The translations under genes and the position numbers were made by a program. A DNA stretch of 27,113 bases, taken from NCBI GenBank assembly GCA_031800675.1, contig DAPKRU010000126.1, positions 1-27,113 of the forward strand. Reading direction: 5' to 3'. The DNA comes from Polyangiaceae bacterium LLY-WYZ-15_(1-7) (GTDB taxonomy: Bacteria; Myxococcota_A; Polyangia; Polyangiales; Houyiibacteriaceae). Of the stretch, positions 23,388 through 27,113 are shown one piece after another. The notes under the pieces were generated by a model, which was not told the DNA's origin, did no database searches, and was given only the letters and a program-made list of their open reading frames with translations. Numbering within the stretch: position 1 is the first letter of the stretch; each line of letters opens with the position of its first letter.

Positions 23388-23415
23388 CCGGGTCTCGAAT
23401 TCCCGGTGTTTTTTC
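23388..23415 (+). terminator. Hairpin CCGGG-tctcgaatt-CCCGG followed by TGTTTTTTCG: terminator of the upstream operon or a leader attenuator of rpsL
   Basis: Read directly. The T6 run follows immediately after the stem. Confidence 0.4.
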
Positions 23416-23538
23416 GTGGCTCATGGGAGGGCCGCGCGGGCCGCGAGAGCGGACGCCCCCTCCCTCACGACGGGGTCAGCGAGACTTCGGGCGCTCCGGC
23501 TACCGCCGGGCCCCACCCAGGACAGGCCGACCGAAACG

Positions 23539-23937
23539 ATGCCGACCATCAACCAGCTCGTGCGCAAGGGGCGCAAGAAGGTCCGGAAGAAGACCGACTC
23601 CCCCGCGCTCCAGAAGTGCCCGCAGAAGCGTGGCGTCTGCGTCCGCGTCTACACGACGACCCCGAAGAAGCCGAACTCGGCCCTCCGGAAGGTCGCGCGT
23701 GTGCGTCTCTCCAACGGGATCGAGGCCACGACCTACATCCCGGGCGAGGGCCACAACCTGCAGGAGCACTCGGTCGTCCTCATCCGTGGCGGTCGTGTGA
23801 AGGACCTGCCCGGTGTCCGCTACCACGTGGTCCGCGGCACGCTCGACGCCACCGGCGCCGGCGGCCCGTCGAACACGAACAAGGCCAACCGCACCCAGCG
23901 CCGCTCCAAGTACGGCGTGAAGAAGCCGAAGAGCTGA
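23539..23937 (+). CDS. rpsL: 30S ribosomal protein S12
   Basis: [57 protein letters not shown]... is highly conserved. Confidence 0.95.
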   Translation: MPTINQLVRKGRKKVRKKTDSPALQKCPQKRGVCVRVYTTTPKKPNSALRKVARVRLSNGIEATTYIPGEGHNLQEHSVVLIRGGRVKDLPGVRYHVVRGTLDATGAGGPSNTNKANRTQRRSKYGVKKPKS

Positions 23938-23941
23938 AGCC

Positions 23942-24412
23942 ATGAGTCGCCGTCGCACTGCGCAGAAGCGTTCGATCACGCCCGACGCCAAGTACAAGGA
24001 CAAGATGGTGGCGAAGTTCGCCAACATCCTGATGAAGGGCGGCAAGAAGAGCACCGCGGAGGGCATCCTCTACGGCGCCTTCGACATCATCGAAGAGCGG
24101 CACAAGCAGCCGCCCCTCGAGGTCTTCCGCAAGGCCCTCGACACCGTGAAGCCGCGCGTCGAGGTCAAGAGCCGCCGCGTCGGCGGTGCCACCTACCAGG
24201 TCCCCGTGGAGGTCCGCCAGGACCGCCGCATGAGCCTCGCCATGCGCTGGCTCGTCAACTACTCCCGCCAGCGCGGTGAGAAGTCGATGGTCGAGCGGCT
24301 CGCCGCCGAGCTCGTGGAGGCCTCGCAGGGCCGCGGCAACGCGGTCAAGAAGCGCGAGGACACCCACAAGATGGCCGACGCCAACAAGGCCTTCGCCCAC
24401 TACCGCTGGTGA
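23942..24412 (+). CDS. rpsG: 30S ribosomal protein S7
   Basis: [50 protein letters not shown]... is conserved. Confidence 0.95.
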   Translation: MSRRRTAQKRSITPDAKYKDKMVAKFANILMKGGKKSTAEGILYGAFDIIEERHKQPPLEVFRKALDTVKPRVEVKSRRVGGATYQVPVEVRQDRRMSLAMRWLVNYSRQRGEKSMVERLAAELVEASQGRGNAVKKREDTHKMADANKAFAHYRW

Positions 24413-24767
24413 TCGCCGCCTGAACCTCTCGCACCACCATCCCGACAGGTCCCGCCTCCGAGCCAACGCGCCGCGAGCGGGAAACCCCCGGGAGACATGG
24501 AGCCCACCCCGCTAGATGACGAACCGCCCATAGACGAGAGCTGCCAGGAAGACCGCCGGGTCCGCGCGCTCACCGAGCCCGCCCGCGACTGAGCACTCTC
24601 GAAGCCCCTTCCGAAACGTTCCCCAGGGAACAGGCCAGACCCGAGGTGGGTCGGCCCGGCTCGGAGGGGCTTTCGTGCGTCTTCCGCCCTCTCTCGTCTC
24701 CGGCTTCGACTCCTGGCTCTACGCCCCTTCCTTCGGCTGCACCCGACCCGACGAATCGGAGATCATC

Positions 24768-26882
<2,115 letters not shown>

Positions 26883-26940
26883 GCCCGCCGCCGCGCTCCC
26901 CGCAACGAGAAGATCCCGCTCCTTCAGGAGGCAAAGACAA

Positions 26941-27113
26941 TGGCCAAGGAAGAGTTCGTCCGCGACAAGCCCCACATCAACGTCGGCACCATCGGTCACA
27001 TCGACCACGGTAAGACGACGACGACCGCCGCGATCATGAAGGTCATGGCGGAGAAGCACGGTGGCGAGGTCAAGAGCTACCACGACATCGCGAAGGGCGG
27101 GACGGTCCGTGAC
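26941..27113 (+). CDS. tuf: Elongation factor Tu (5' partial, runs off the window)
   Basis: [32 protein letters not shown]... A GGAGG RBS lies upstream. Confidence 0.92.

Noticed and set aside
24675-24767. Upstream ATG start for fusA (track start 24675)
   Set aside because: The extra 31 residues are not EF-G-like. A GTG at 24768 with a well-spaced GGAG gives the canonical EF-G N-terminus (…[17 protein letters not shown]).

Overview
The window is about 70% GC and looks like a Myxococcota-type chromosome segment. Recognisable core genes are two eukaryotic-like Ser/Thr kinases (one with a PEGA-like C-terminus), a GT2 glycosyltransferase, a small RelA/SpoT-type HD hydrolase, a myxobacterial Cys-rich lipoprotein, SSB, TlyA rRNA methyltransferase, a PabB/TrpE-family enzyme, and the start of the str operon (rpsL-rpsG-fusA-tuf).

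The main accessory region is a roughly 7.7 kb stretch (8832-16489) packed with about 35 tRNA or tRNA-like genes plus one truncated copy. All are on the minus strand, many separated by only 1-30 bp. Together they cover all 20 amino acids, and 32 of the 35 carry G or C at anticodon position 34. Three protein genes are embedded in the array: an HNH endonuclease, an SPFH/band-7 protein and a small plus-strand hypothetical. Several tRNAs show non-canonical conserved positions (C33 or G33, a TGCGAGT T-loop, and one 92-nt Trp-like member). The array also contains roughly 150-bp segmental repeats and a half-tRNA remnant.

The array is bounded on the right by an AT-rich patch, 14-bp tandem repeats and a self-contained unit made of a promoter, a small ORF and a terminator. 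Composite hexamer-tract tandem repeats with G-quadruplex potential flank the first kinase gene.

Many long ORFs in the six-frame track are antisense or GC-bias artefacts and are not reported. All tRNA calls were made by hand from T-loop motifs, acceptor-stem complementarity and anticodon loops, with no tools available. Coordinates may be off by 1-3 nt.
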